From contig CAVQOI010000014.1 in assembly GCA_963714425.1 (NCBI GenBank), positions 50,252 through 114,251 on the forward strand: a stretch of DNA of 64,000 nucleotides. Reading direction: 5' to 3'. A program made the position numbers and the translations under genes. A model generated the notes under the pieces. That model worked only from the letters and a program-made list of their open reading frames with translations. It was not told where the DNA came from and ran no database searches. Below, piece after piece: positions 38,534 to 47,437 of the stretch. How positions within the stretch are numbered: the stretch's first letter is position 1; every line of letters begins with the position of its first letter. Source of the stretch: an uncultured Chloroflexia bacterium. GTDB lineage: Bacteria; Chloroflexota; Anaerolineae; Anaerolineales; UBA4823.

Positions 38534-39667
38534 TCAGTCAACCCGAATGAGTTTGCGCGGCAGGTCGCTGAAGCTTTCGCAACCTGAGGGTGTGATGACT
38601 ACATCGTCCTCGATGCGTACTCCCCCACGCCCGGGTAAGTAGATCCCCGGCTCAACTGTGAATGTCATCCCCGGAACCAGGGTTTGGGGATTGCTATCTC
38701 GGATATATGGCTCTTCGTGACCTTCCAATCCCAGACCATGTCCTGTGCGGTGTGTGAAATACTTGCCATAACCAGCCTGATCGATGACTGCACGAGCGGC
38801 GGAGTCGACATCTGCAGCAGCGATTTCAGGTCCTGCAGCCTGGCGCCCAGCAGCATTGGCGTCCAGCACAATTTGAGCAATTCGTGCAAACTCAATATCT
38901 ACATCGCCCACAGCGAACGTGCGCGTCAGATCTGAGAAGTAGCCTTCATAGGATGCACCCCAGTCGATCACCAGTAAATCGCCATTCTGTAGGGGTCTTT
39001 GCGTGGGAACCGCGTGGGGATTGGCACTGTTCGGTCCGGCAGACACAATAGGTGAGAAGGGGAGGTCTGGGTCGGAGCCGTTGCGGAACAGCTGGAGAGT
39101 CAATTCAGCTGCCAGGGCTTTCTCAGAAATTCCGATTTTGATGGAAGGCAGAGTGGCATTTAGTGCATTTTGGGCAATATCGACTGCTTTGCGCATAGCC
39201 ATTATCTCATCAGCATCTTTAATCATGCGGAGTAATGCAACAGTCTTGTCTGCTGGGATGAATTTTGCCCCTGACAGAGCAGCTTCAAGCAGGCGCAGCT
39301 CTAAAACACGCATGCGTGTGGTCTCGACACCGATGGCGCTTCCTGATGTTAATTTTGTATTAGCCAGAGCCCCTTGGAAGCTATCCGCCCATATACTGGG
39401 ATCTTCGCCATACATGATCGATCGTAATGGGTAGGGTAGATTTCCTACCTTCCCAGATTCCAGCTCAGGCAGCACAATCAACGGCACCTCTCCTGGAATG
39501 AATGTGATAATCACCGGACGTTCCATGAGGTGGAAGTGCAAACCGGTCAAATAGGTCAAAGTAGGACCTGCATTGAGCGAAAGCGCATCGAAGCCAGCTG
39601 CGCGGATCGCTTGCGCCAGCCTTTCTTGCCGGTTGGCGAAGGGCGACGAAGAGCCTATTGTGATCAT
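38534..39667 (-). CDS. Xaa-Pro peptidase (M24B family)
   Basis: NSANPH, ID.GA, SDLTRT, HRTGHGLGLEGHE, TVEPGIY, VRIEDD. Confidence 0.93.
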   Translation of the reverse strand: MITIGSSSPFANRQERLAQAIRAAGFDALSLNAGPTLTYLTGLHFHLMERPVIITFIPGEVPLIVLPELESGKVGNLPYPLRSIMYGEDPSIWADSFQGALANTKLTSGSAIGVETTRMRVLELRLLEAALSGAKFIPADKTVALLRMIKDADEIMAMRKAVDIAQNALNATLPSIKIGISEKALAAELTLQLFRNGSDPDLPFSPIVSAGPNSANPHAVPTQRPLQNGDLLVIDWGASYEGYFSDLTRTFAVGDVDIEFARIAQIVLDANAAGRQAAGPEIAAADVDSAARAVIDQAGYGKYFTHRTGHGLGLEGHEEPYIRDSNPQTLVPGMTFTVEPGIYLPGRGGVRIEDDVVITPSGCESFSDLPRKLIRVD

Positions 39668-39723
39668 GGCCTCTCCAAGTGGAAATTACAGGTGTGTTAG
39701 AATAGCCCAATCATAGCATAAAG

Positions 39724-40380
39724 ATGTTTGATTTACCGATTTTCCCCCTCAATACGGTGCTCTTTCCGGGCATGCCGCTCCACTTGCACATTTTCGAAGA
39801 GCGGTACAAGATGCTAGTGGAAACTTGTTTAAATTCAGATCGTCGGTTCGGCGTTGTGTTGATCGAAAGCGGGGTAGAAGCATTCGGTCCGTTACCTGAG
39901 CCTTGCAAGGTAGGCTGTGTCGCGCGTATTCTGGAGATGGCTCCCCTGAGTGAAGGTCGGATGAACCTAGTGGTTGTCGGCCAGGAGCGTTTTCAAATCC
40001 AATCACTAGATCAAATTACAAAACCATATTTAATCGGCAAGCTGGATTCTTACCCTCTTGAGATTGAAGCCCCCCAAGAAATCCAGATCACAGCGGAGAG
40101 GTTGCGTTCACGCCTGCAACGCTACGTTCAGTTGTTGATACAGATGAGAGACCAGCAGCAGGCTCCTGAGCCCCTTCCAGAGGACCCTGAGCTGCTTGCG
40201 TACCTGGCAGCGATCTTGCTTCAGGTGCCGATAAAGGAGAAGCAAGCGCTCCTCGAAGTGGAAAGCGCTGAAGCCTTATACAGCACGTTAAATGACATTT
40301 TCGACCGCGAATTGGCTTTGTTGCGCGCCATGCTGGGGGAAAGCAGCCGAGACGGTATCGGGGTATTTTCCCGAAATTAG
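39724..40380 (+). CDS. LON peptidase substrate-binding domain protein
   Basis: LPIFPLNTVLFPG..L.LHIFEERY, FGVVLI, KQALLE. Confidence 0.9.
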   Translation: MFDLPIFPLNTVLFPGMPLHLHIFEERYKMLVETCLNSDRRFGVVLIESGVEAFGPLPEPCKVGCVARILEMAPLSEGRMNLVVVGQERFQIQSLDQITKPYLIGKLDSYPLEIEAPQEIQITAERLRSRLQRYVQLLIQMRDQQQAPEPLPEDPELLAYLAAILLQVPIKEKQALLEVESAEALYSTLNDIFDRELALLRAMLGESSRDGIGVFSRN

Positions 40381-40387
40381 CACTGGC

Positions 40388-40416
40388 TTGACAGCGGTAG
40401 TGCACTCAGATAGAAT
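40388..40416 (+). promoter_or_regulatory. Promoter of tRNA-Ala(CGC)
   Basis: TTGACA-17 bp-TAGAAT. Confidence 0.8.
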
Positions 40417-40432
40417 CATGCCACTCAATCTT

Positions 40433-40505
40433 GGGCCTGTAGCGCAGTTGGGAGCGCGCTTCAATCGCACTGAAGAGGTCGCGGGTTCGAATCCCGCCAG
40501 GTCCA
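40433..40505 (+). tRNA. tRNA-Ala (anticodon CGC)
   Basis: Full cloverleaf: GGGCCTG/CAGGTCC acceptor stem with G3:U70, CTTCA-ATCGCAC-TGAAG anticodon arm, GGTTCGAATCC; CCA not encoded. Confidence 0.95.
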
Positions 40506-40509
40506 CTCG

Positions 40510-40538
40510 TTGACGGAATTAACGTTTACGAGTAAAAT
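40510..40538 (+). promoter_or_regulatory. Promoter of tRNA-Ala(GGC) and probably the leuS leader
   Basis: TTGACG-17 bp-TAAAAT. Confidence 0.7.
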
Positions 40539-40555
40539 TCCGTGGCAGTTCGCCT

Positions 40556-40628
40556 GGGCCCATAGCGCAGTTGGGAGCGCGTCTCAATGGCATTGAGAAG
40601 GTCGAGGGTTCGAATCCCTCTGGGTCCA
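40556..40628 (+). tRNA. tRNA-Ala (anticodon GGC)
   Basis: GGGCCCA/TGGGTCC acceptor stem with G3:U70, TCTCA-ATGGCAT-TGAGA anticodon arm, GGTTCGAATCC; CCA not encoded. Confidence 0.95.
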
Positions 40629-40634
40629 CACAGA

Positions 40635-40895
40635 AAGTCAAGGCAGGAGTAGTAAGCCATCTGGCAGCGAGCCGGGAGAGCGAGGTGGAAGCCCGGTAAT
40701 GTGCCCGCAGAGCACAGCCAACAAAGGGAGGCTGAACTCGCCTGTCGCCTACTGGGCAAACTCCTCCGGTGAATGAAGTAGCTGGAGGCGGGATGCGCCC
40801 GTTATCGCGTACCAGAGTGGCCTCCTTCGGAGGCAACCAGGGTGGTACCGCGGAGCTCCCTTCGTCCCTGTGAAAGGACGAGGGGTGTTTTTTTT
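40635..40895 (+). promoter_or_regulatory. T-box riboswitch (Leu, specifier CUC) with intrinsic terminator, upstream of leuS
   Basis: AGTA...GAA-CTC specifier (40737-40739), AGCGA bulge, GGTGGAA loop, CCGTTA, T-box GGTGGTACCGCG (40841-40852), CCCTTCGTCC/GGACGAGGGG hairpin plus T-run. Confidence 0.92.
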
Positions 40896-40991
40896 GGGAA
40901 CGGCTTTTAATGCCTACACGGAAAATATTAGTCAATGATTATGAGATACTTTGAATATGCGATACCGGTTCAGAGATAATGGAGCAAGAGC

Positions 40992-43463
40992 ATGACTGAA
41001 TTTCCTGCTTATATGCCCTCGGAGATCGAGTCCAAGTGGCAGGATCGCTGGGATACAGACGGCCTGTACCAGGCGGATATCGATCCCGCAAGGCGGAAAC
41101 ACTACGCCCTAACAATGCTGCCCTACCCATCGGGGGAGCTGCACATTGGGCACTGGTATGCCATGATTCCTTCGGATGCGCGCGCCCGCTTCATGCGCAT
41201 GCGAGGTTTCAACGTCATGTTTCCTATGGGTTTTGATGCGTTTGGCTTGCCGGCAGAGAATGCAGCCATCCGGAATAATGTCCATCCAAAGGAATGGACG
41301 TATAAGAATATCGAGCGCATGCGTAAGCAACTGCGCAGCATGGGTGCGATGTTCGATTGGCGACGGGAAGCAGTCTCCTCTGATCCAGAATATTACGTCT
41401 GGTCGGAATGGTTCTTCATGCAATTGCATAAACACGGTCTGGCATACCGCAAGATGTCACCGGTGGATTGGTGCCCGAACTGCAATACAACCCTCGCTCG
41501 CGAGCAGGTTTGGGGTGACGATCGTCATTGTGAGCGTTGTGGCACACCCGTGATCAAAAAGGACCTGGAACAGTGGTTCTTCCGGACGACGAATTACGCT
41601 GAGGAATTGCTGGATTTTTCCGAAGCAGATTGGCCTGACCGTGTAAAACTACTCCAAACCAATTGGATCGGGCGCTCTGAGGGCGCTGACGTTCATTTCA
41701 CTGTCGATGTAACGAACCTGACTCAAGAAGAAGCCCTATTAACCGTCTTCACCACTCGCCCGGACACTTTATGGGGTGCAACTTTCATGGTGTTGGCTCC
41801 CGAGCACCCATTGGTGGAGAAGATCACGAGCGCAGAGCACCAAAGTTCAGTCCAAGAGTACGCCCGACAGGCAGCTCGCCAGTCCGATATCCAGCGCGAG
41901 GCGGTAGACAAAGAAAAGACGGGTGTGTTCACCGGCGCTTATGCCATTAATCCAGTAAATGAGGAACGCATCCCCATTTGGGTCGCCGACTATGTGCTGA
42001 TGACGTACGGGACAGGTGCAATCATGGGCGTACCTGCTCACGATCAGCGCGACTTTGAGTTTGCACGTAAGTTTGGGTTGGAGGTACGCGTGGTTATCCA
42101 GCCGGAGGACATGCCGCCATTGAATGGCGCCAGCATGCCTGAATCGGCACCTGCATACGGCACCATGGTGAACTCAGGACCATTGACCGGTACACCTGGT
42201 CCTGTAGCGTTTGACGCTGCGATCGAATTCCTGCAAGAGCGAGGTACGGGCGAACGCGCCGTGAATTACCATTTGCGCGATTGGTTGATATCACGCCAAC
42301 GCTATTGGGGCTCGCCGATTCCGATTATTTATTGCCCGGAACATGGTGCGGTTGATGTTCCCGAAGATCAGCTGCCTGTGCTTTTGCCTGATGATGTCCA
42401 GTGGCTCCCAACGGGTGAATCACCTTTGAAATTACACCCCACCTGGAAGCATACTACCTGCCCCATTTGTGGGCGTCGAGCTGAGCGTGAGACGGATACG
42501 ATGGATACCTTTATGTGCTCATCCTGGTATCACCTTCGCTATCTGAGCCCACACTTCGATAAGGGCCCATTTGACCCTGTTGAGTATCAGTATTGGATGC
42601 CAGTCGATACCTACACCGGGGGTATTGAGCACGCTACCATGCACCTGATCTACACACGTTTCTTCCACAAAGCTTGCCGGGATATGGGAATTGTCACAGG
42701 TCCTGAGCCCATGACACAGCTCCGCAATCAAGGTCTGGTGTTGGGGGAGGATTCGGAGAAAATGTCGAAGAGCCGCGGCAACGTTGTTGCCCCAGATGAT
42801 CTGGTAAACCGCTACGGTGCGGATACGGTGCGAGCTTATTTGATGTTCTTTGCTCGCTGGGATCTGGGAGCCCCTTGGAACAGCAATGGGATTGAAGGAA
42901 CAGCCCGCTGGTTACGACGTGTATGGAACCTCTTCACCGACAAACCTGATCAAAGTATAAAATCAAGTCCAGACGTTCTACGCTCCTTACGCCGTAAGGT
43001 GCACCAGACACTGCGAAGCGTCACACGTGATTACGAGCAATTTGAGTTTAATACGATTGTCTCCAGCCTGATGGAGCTGCTGAATGAAATGAGCCGAGTT
43101 TGGGATCAGGGAGCAGGAAATTCAGCCGAATGGAATGAGGCGGTTGATATCTATTTGCGCATGATGGCACCAGTCACGCCACATATCACCGAAGAGTTAT
43201 GGGCACATCGGGGGGAGAAGTATTCAATCCACCAGCAGCCGTGGCCCGAATTCAATGAAAGCGCTGCAGCGGAGGAAGAAGTCACGCTGGTTGTGCAAGT
43301 GAATGGAAAAGTACGTGACCGCATAACCGTCCCCGCGGATATCAGCCAGGAGGCTGCGCGCGAAGCTGCCCTCTCCAGCTCGGCGGTACAAAAATACCTG
43401 GGTAAAAGGTCCCCGAAGAAGGTAATTGTCGTCCCAGGTAAGTTAGTGAATATCGTCGGTTGA
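40992..43463 (+). CDS. leuS: Leucine--tRNA ligase
   Basis: PYPSGELHIGH, VFTTRPDTL, DWLISRQRYWG, KMSKS. Confidence 0.98.
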   Translation: MTEFPAYMPSEIESKWQDRWDTDGLYQADIDPARRKHYALTMLPYPSGELHIGHWYAMIPSDARARFMRMRGFNVMFPMGFDAFGLPAENAAIRNNVHPKEWTYKNIERMRKQLRSMGAMFDWRREAVSSDPEYYVWSEWFFMQLHKHGLAYRKMSPVDWCPNCNTTLAREQVWGDDRHCERCGTPVIKKDLEQWFFRTTNYAEELLDFSEADWPDRVKLLQTNWIGRSEGADVHFTVDVTNLTQEEALLTVFTTRPDTLWGATFMVLAPEHPLVEKITSAEHQSSVQEYARQAARQSDIQREAVDKEKTGVFTGAYAINPVNEERIPIWVADYVLMTYGTGAIMGVPAHDQRDFEFARKFGLEVRVVIQPEDMPPLNGASMPESAPAYGTMVNSGPLTGTPGPVAFDAAIEFLQERGTGERAVNYHLRDWLISRQRYWGSPIPIIYCPEHGAVDVPEDQLPVLLPDDVQWLPTGESPLKLHPTWKHTTCPICGRRAERETDTMDTFMCSSWYHLRYLSPHFDKGPFDPVEYQYWMPVDTYTGGIEHATMHLIYTRFFHKACRDMGIVTGPEPMTQLRNQGLVLGEDSEKMSKSRGNVVAPDDLVNRYGADTVRAYLMFFARWDLGAPWNSNGIEGTARWLRRVWNLFTDKPDQSIKSSPDVLRSLRRKVHQTLRSVTRDYEQFEFNTIVSSLMELLNEMSRVWDQGAGNSAEWNEAVDIYLRMMAPVTPHITEELWAHRGEKYSIHQQPWPEFNESAAAEEEVTLVVQVNGKVRDRITVPADISQEAAREAALSSSAVQKYLGKRSPKKVIVVPGKLVNIVG

Positions 43464-43496
43464 TAGTAATTTGATTCCCCCTCGAGGGCACTGAAT

Positions 43497-44438
43497 TTAT
43501 GGCACTAATTTAGACCAGGAGCGGATTACTGCCTCGAGCTCGCCGATAACACCCGAATCGACATTGAACCAGCGAATATCGGGGTCGTTGCGCTTGAACC
43601 AGTTCGCCTGGCGGCGCACAAAGATTCGCGTGCGGCGTTTGATTAGCAGAATCGCATCTTCTAGGCTGGACTCCCCCAAAAGATAATGAATCATTTCCTG
43701 ATAACCGATAGCAGACAGTGCTGGCAGTTGCGGCGCAAATCCTTGAGCTAGCAGGAAACGCACTTCATCGATGAAGCCTGCGTCCAGCATTGCATGGATG
43801 CGAGCATCAACCCGGGCGTAAAGATCTTCCCTTGGGCGGAGCAGCCCCAAGGTCAGTACCCGGTAGACGCTTGGCGAACGCTGCCGCTGAGCTGAGAAAA
43901 GCCTGCCGCTACTTAAGATCACTTCCAAAGCGCGTATACTGCGCCGTTTGTTCCGAAAATCAATGTTCGCCGCAGCTTGCGGATCGAGCACAGCCAAGCG
44001 AGCATGCAAACCAGCCAGACCGATCTCAGAAGACCAATGTTCCAGGGCATTACGCAATGTGGGATTGGGCTCCATATGTGGCACCTGCCACCCCTGAAGG
44101 ACTGCCCGAATGTATTGTCCTGTGCCACCAACCAGAAAGGGCAATTTGCCTCGACCCTGGATAGATGCAACCGCATCTCTTGCCGCTTTTTGAAATATTG
44201 CCAGACTCCAGGTTTCATCTGGATTGGCAACGTCGATCAGGTGATGCGGTACCCGCTGGCGCTCCTGCAGGGTTGGTTTGGCAGTTCCGATGTCCATCCC
44301 GCGATACAGCAGCCGCGAATCGGCTGAGACGATTTCGCCGTCCAGGTTTTCAGCTAGCTGGATGGCGATTTCAGTTTTTCCGACTGCCGTCGGTCCGACA
44401 ATGGCAATTAGAAGAGGTCGGGTATCCGTGCGGGTCAA
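43497..44438 (-). CDS. miaA: tRNA dimethylallyltransferase
   Basis: GPTAVGKT, SADSR..YRGMDIGTAKP, VGGTGQY, AIGYQE, RRQ..WF. Confidence 0.96.
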   Translation of the reverse strand: MTRTDTRPLLIAIVGPTAVGKTEIAIQLAENLDGEIVSADSRLLYRGMDIGTAKPTLQERQRVPHHLIDVANPDETWSLAIFQKAARDAVASIQGRGKLPFLVGGTGQYIRAVLQGWQVPHMEPNPTLRNALEHWSSEIGLAGLHARLAVLDPQAAANIDFRNKRRSIRALEVILSSGRLFSAQRQRSPSVYRVLTLGLLRPREDLYARVDARIHAMLDAGFIDEVRFLLAQGFAPQLPALSAIGYQEMIHYLLGESSLEDAILLIKRRTRIFVRRQANWFKRNDPDIRWFNVDSGVIGELEAVIRSWSKLVP

Positions 44439-44806
44439 TCCTTGCTGGTAATAATATTCTCAAAATGCTCAACCTGCGCAGGCTGGTCTTTAACCTTTAC
44501 GATGGCGATCACATCCATACGCCAATCATAGCTTAACTCGGGATGGACCTGTAAATACGCTTGGGCAGCGGCGAGCATGTGGGATTGTTTTGTACTCGAG
44601 ATGGAGACTTCAGGCGGTCCGAGAGACGGGGAGGAACGGGTTTTTACCTCAACAAATATCAACTCATCCGCACGTGTTGCGATAATGTCCACTTCGCCGT
44701 ATGGTGTTCGCGCGTTCCGCTCAAGGATCGAGTAGCCATTCTGGGAAAGATACCTGGCTGCCAGGGTCTCACCCCATTTGCCGAGGGCTTGCCGATCCTG
44801 ACCCAC
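44435..44806 (-). CDS. YraN family nuclease-like protein
   Basis: GKWGE..A..YL...GY.ILERN, GEVDII, FVEVKTR. Confidence 0.92.
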   Translation of the reverse strand: MGQDRQALGKWGETLAARYLSQNGYSILERNARTPYGEVDIIATRADELIFVEVKTRSSPSLGPPEVSISSTKQSHMLAAAQAYLQVHPELSYDWRMDVIAIVKVKDQPAQVEHFENIITSKD

Positions 44807-44809
44807 GAC

Positions 44810-45934
44810 TTATTCACCCTCAAGGATTCTATTTGCGATCTCGGAAGCCGCGTTTGGCCTTCCTAAAGACCAAGCCCGATGTTTTATCTCATAGACCGTG
44901 TCTGGATTGGCGACACAATATTCGAGAACACGGATGACCTCGGATACAGATTCTCCCCGAAACGCAACACCATGACGAGCGAGGAAATCGACGTTTGCTG
45001 CTTCCTGTCCCGGACCTGGCTTGAATAAGATCATGCAGATGCCTGAGGCAAGTGCTTCAGAGACGATCAATCCGCCTGGCTTTCCGATGAGCACATCTTG
45101 CTCTCTCATCAAAGCATACATATCATCCACAAAGCTGCGCACCTGGATTTTCACCGGATTTGATTCTGCTCGTTCCTCTAGCCGTTCCCTTAAGCGCCTG
45201 TCCTTGCCTGTGACGATGGTGACAATCAGATCTTGATTCTTGATAGCTGCCAATCCATCCATCAGGTCATAAAGATATTGCTTGACTTCAGTGTAAGACC
45301 CGCCTCGAATCCCGCCTGCGATAAGGAGCACACGTAACGGATCAACAATCCGATTAGGTTCATTATGAGTAGCTTGTTCGAATCCAAGCCGGATTGGTAT
45401 TCCGGTGGCATAAACATTCTGCGGCTTTACCCCGCGGTAGATCATGGTATTACCAACGTCCTGATGCCCAACAAAATAAGAATCAATGCCTGTGACAGGC
45501 CACAAGGTGTGCAATCCAAAGTCGGTCACAATGCCAAACACCTTGCGGGCAAGCCCGCTCTTACGCAGGGCTGCTGCGATTGCGCAGGGTAAGACGTGTG
45601 TGGCAACCACAATGTCACTGGAACCATCTTCGCACAGTGTTTCCATCATGAGATCACGCAGAATTTCTAAATCTGTCACCCACTCGAAGATGCTTCCGCC
45701 GGTCCCTTGTCGCCAGATCGAGTCGTAAATTCCGGGTGTGAGCATTACCGATGCAGCCTGCAACCGTTCCAGGATCGATGGCAAGATGTCGATTGTGCTG
45801 CCGAAGGGATCAATAACGCGGGTTGTCACCTCAGGAGCTCGTCGCTGGAGAGCAGCGGCGACCGATTCTGCCGCAACCTGGTGACCTGAGCCAATCGACA
45901 AATATAATATTGAAACGTGAGAGCAATTGGTCAT
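44810..45934 (-). CDS. MGDG synthase / UgtP-like GT28 glycolipid glycosyltransferase
   Basis: SIGSGH, VATH, VTDFGLH..W, TGIPIR, KPGGL..SEA, PGQE..N. Confidence 0.85.
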   Translation of the reverse strand: MTNCSHVSILYLSIGSGHQVAAESVAAALQRRAPEVTTRVIDPFGSTIDILPSILERLQAASVMLTPGIYDSIWRQGTGGSIFEWVTDLEILRDLMMETLCEDGSSDIVVATHVLPCAIAAALRKSGLARKVFGIVTDFGLHTLWPVTGIDSYFVGHQDVGNTMIYRGVKPQNVYATGIPIRLGFEQATHNEPNRIVDPLRVLLIAGGIRGGSYTEVKQYLYDLMDGLAAIKNQDLIVTIVTGKDRRLRERLEERAESNPVKIQVRSFVDDMYALMREQDVLIGKPGGLIVSEALASGICMILFKPGPGQEAANVDFLARHGVAFRGESVSEVIRVLEYCVANPDTVYEIKHRAWSLGRPNAASEIANRILEGE

Positions 45935-46092
45935 GGGGGGATACGCCGTGTTTGTTCCTTGAGGAAAAACCGCTAATCACAAGCACTTCGATGAACGGGA
46001 AGAACCCTCTCCCAAATATTTACATGAGAGCTAGAGCTTTCGTTCAGTTGTGAAGGGTCAAATACCATATTATGATACCATGCGTTATCAGG

Positions 46093-46126
46093 TTGCAGAG
46101 AAGTGTTTTCGCATGTAAAATGCGAA
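46093..46126 (+). promoter_or_regulatory. Promoter with overlapping palindromic operator-like site
   Basis: TTGCAG-17 bp-TAAAAT; TTCGCAT-N5-ATGCGAA (46108-46126) covers the -10 element. Confidence 0.5.
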
Positions 46127-46130
46127 CAGA

Positions 46131-46940
46131 ATGCACCAGCAACATTTACCCAGAGCAGACCGGCTAAGCATCCTGGCGGCGATGATCTTGCTTGCATACG
46201 CCCTTGCCAGCTTCATTGAGCTGCCTGCTCTTGACCTAAGCATGCAATTGCCGGGTATGTTCATTGAAATACCATTGGATGTACATGCGGTGGCTGCCTT
46301 GCTCGTGGCAATATTAACCGCCTCAGGAGCGGACTGGCTCCTACGGACGCATCCCGCGGTCGGGGAACACCGCACATTTGCGCATTGGTTGGTGCCTGCT
46401 TTTACAGCATGGACGATAGGAGTGCCATTATCGCAGATCTCTGGAGCCCCACAGTGGTGGCTGGGATTTATAGGTGGAGGCGCACTATTAATGCTGGTTT
46501 TGGTTGCTGAGTACATTACCCTGGACCCAGATGATTTCCGCCAACCAATTGCAGCTGCTGGTCTGACCACTGTCTCGTTCGCGTTGTGTTTAATCCTGGC
46601 AATAGCCTTGCGGTACTCAGGACTCCGTCTTTTTTTGATCTTACCACCGCTGGCGCTGGCATTCTGGTTGGTTAGCCTGCGTACCCTGCACCTACGCTTG
46701 CATGGGCGTTGGGTATTTCTCCAGGCAGGCGTGGTATCTCTGGTGTGTACACAAATTGCTGCCGCCATTCATTATCTGCCGCTCACCCCAGTATCGTTTG
46801 GATTGGTATTAATCGGGCCGGCTTATTCCCTCACCAGCCTAATCGGCAATTTGAATGAGGATGAACCCTTGCCTCAGGCGATCCTGGAGCCTGTGGTAGT
46901 TCTCCTAATCTTGATCGGAGCTGCACTGTGGATCCGCTAG
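46131..46940 (+). CDS. Uncharacterized polytopic membrane protein (about 9 TM)
   Basis: Hydrophobic throughout; GADWLLRTHP, AEY motifs; first gene of a unit with the JAMM protease. Confidence 0.75.
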   Translation: MHQQHLPRADRLSILAAMILLAYALASFIELPALDLSMQLPGMFIEIPLDVHAVAALLVAILTASGADWLLRTHPAVGEHRTFAHWLVPAFTAWTIGVPLSQISGAPQWWLGFIGGGALLMLVLVAEYITLDPDDFRQPIAAAGLTTVSFALCLILAIALRYSGLRLFLILPPLALAFWLVSLRTLHLRLHGRWVFLQAGVVSLVCTQIAAAIHYLPLTPVSFGLVLIGPAYSLTSLIGNLNEDEPLPQAILEPVVVLLILIGAALWIR

Positions 46941-47356
46941 CTCCTGTCGAGCAACATGGTTTACGAATCAGCTCTGCACAATGGGAAAGCATGAAGCAGC
47001 ATGTCGATTTCCATGCACCTCAAGAGGCGTGTGGTTTACTGGCTGGCAAGGGAGTAGACGTGAGTGCCACGTATCCGATCACGAATATATTGCAGAGTCG
47101 CGTACAATTCAGGATGCAACCAGAGGAACAATTAATGGCCTTTCTGGAAATTGAAGAGCAAGGTTTGGATTTGGTGGGCATCTATCATTCGCATCCGGCA
47201 GGACCTCAATATCTATCAAGTCGAGACATTGACGAAGCCTATTATCCAGAGGTGGTACACCTGATTTGGTTCATTCAGAACAGGTCATGGTCGTGTCTGG
47301 GCTATCGTATTCAGGATGGACAGAGTGTACAGGTCCCAATCCAGGTTGGTGCATAA
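46928..47356 (+). CDS. M67 (JAMM/MPN+) metallopeptidase
   Basis: PQEACGLL, GIYHSHP....S..D. Confidence 0.88.
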   Translation: MDPLAPVEQHGLRISSAQWESMKQHVDFHAPQEACGLLAGKGVDVSATYPITNILQSRVQFRMQPEEQLMAFLEIEEQGLDLVGIYHSHPAGPQYLSSRDIDEAYYPEVVHLIWFIQNRSWSCLGYRIQDGQSVQVPIQVGA

Positions 47357-47437
47357 CACAAGCTGGTAGCAACGCGTTTCTCATTTATGTGTTATAGCTA
47401 ATATCAAACTGGAGTATTATCGGAGGAATACATCGAA

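Noticed and set aside
40433..40628. tRNA as an integration site or attL/attR duplication
   Set aside because: Both copies are complete tRNAs with different anticodons; there is no integrase, and I saw no duplicated 3' fragment elsewhere.
40519..40935. 138-aa minus-strand ORF, and the similar 108-aa ORF at 49080-49406
   Set aside because: They are antisense to tRNA and T-box RNAs; shadow ORFs.
40951..40980. Internal promoter (TTGAAT-18-GATAAT) bypassing the Leu T-box
   Set aside because: Suboptimal match in AT-rich DNA, and its TSS would fall downstream of the GGAG RBS; unsupported.
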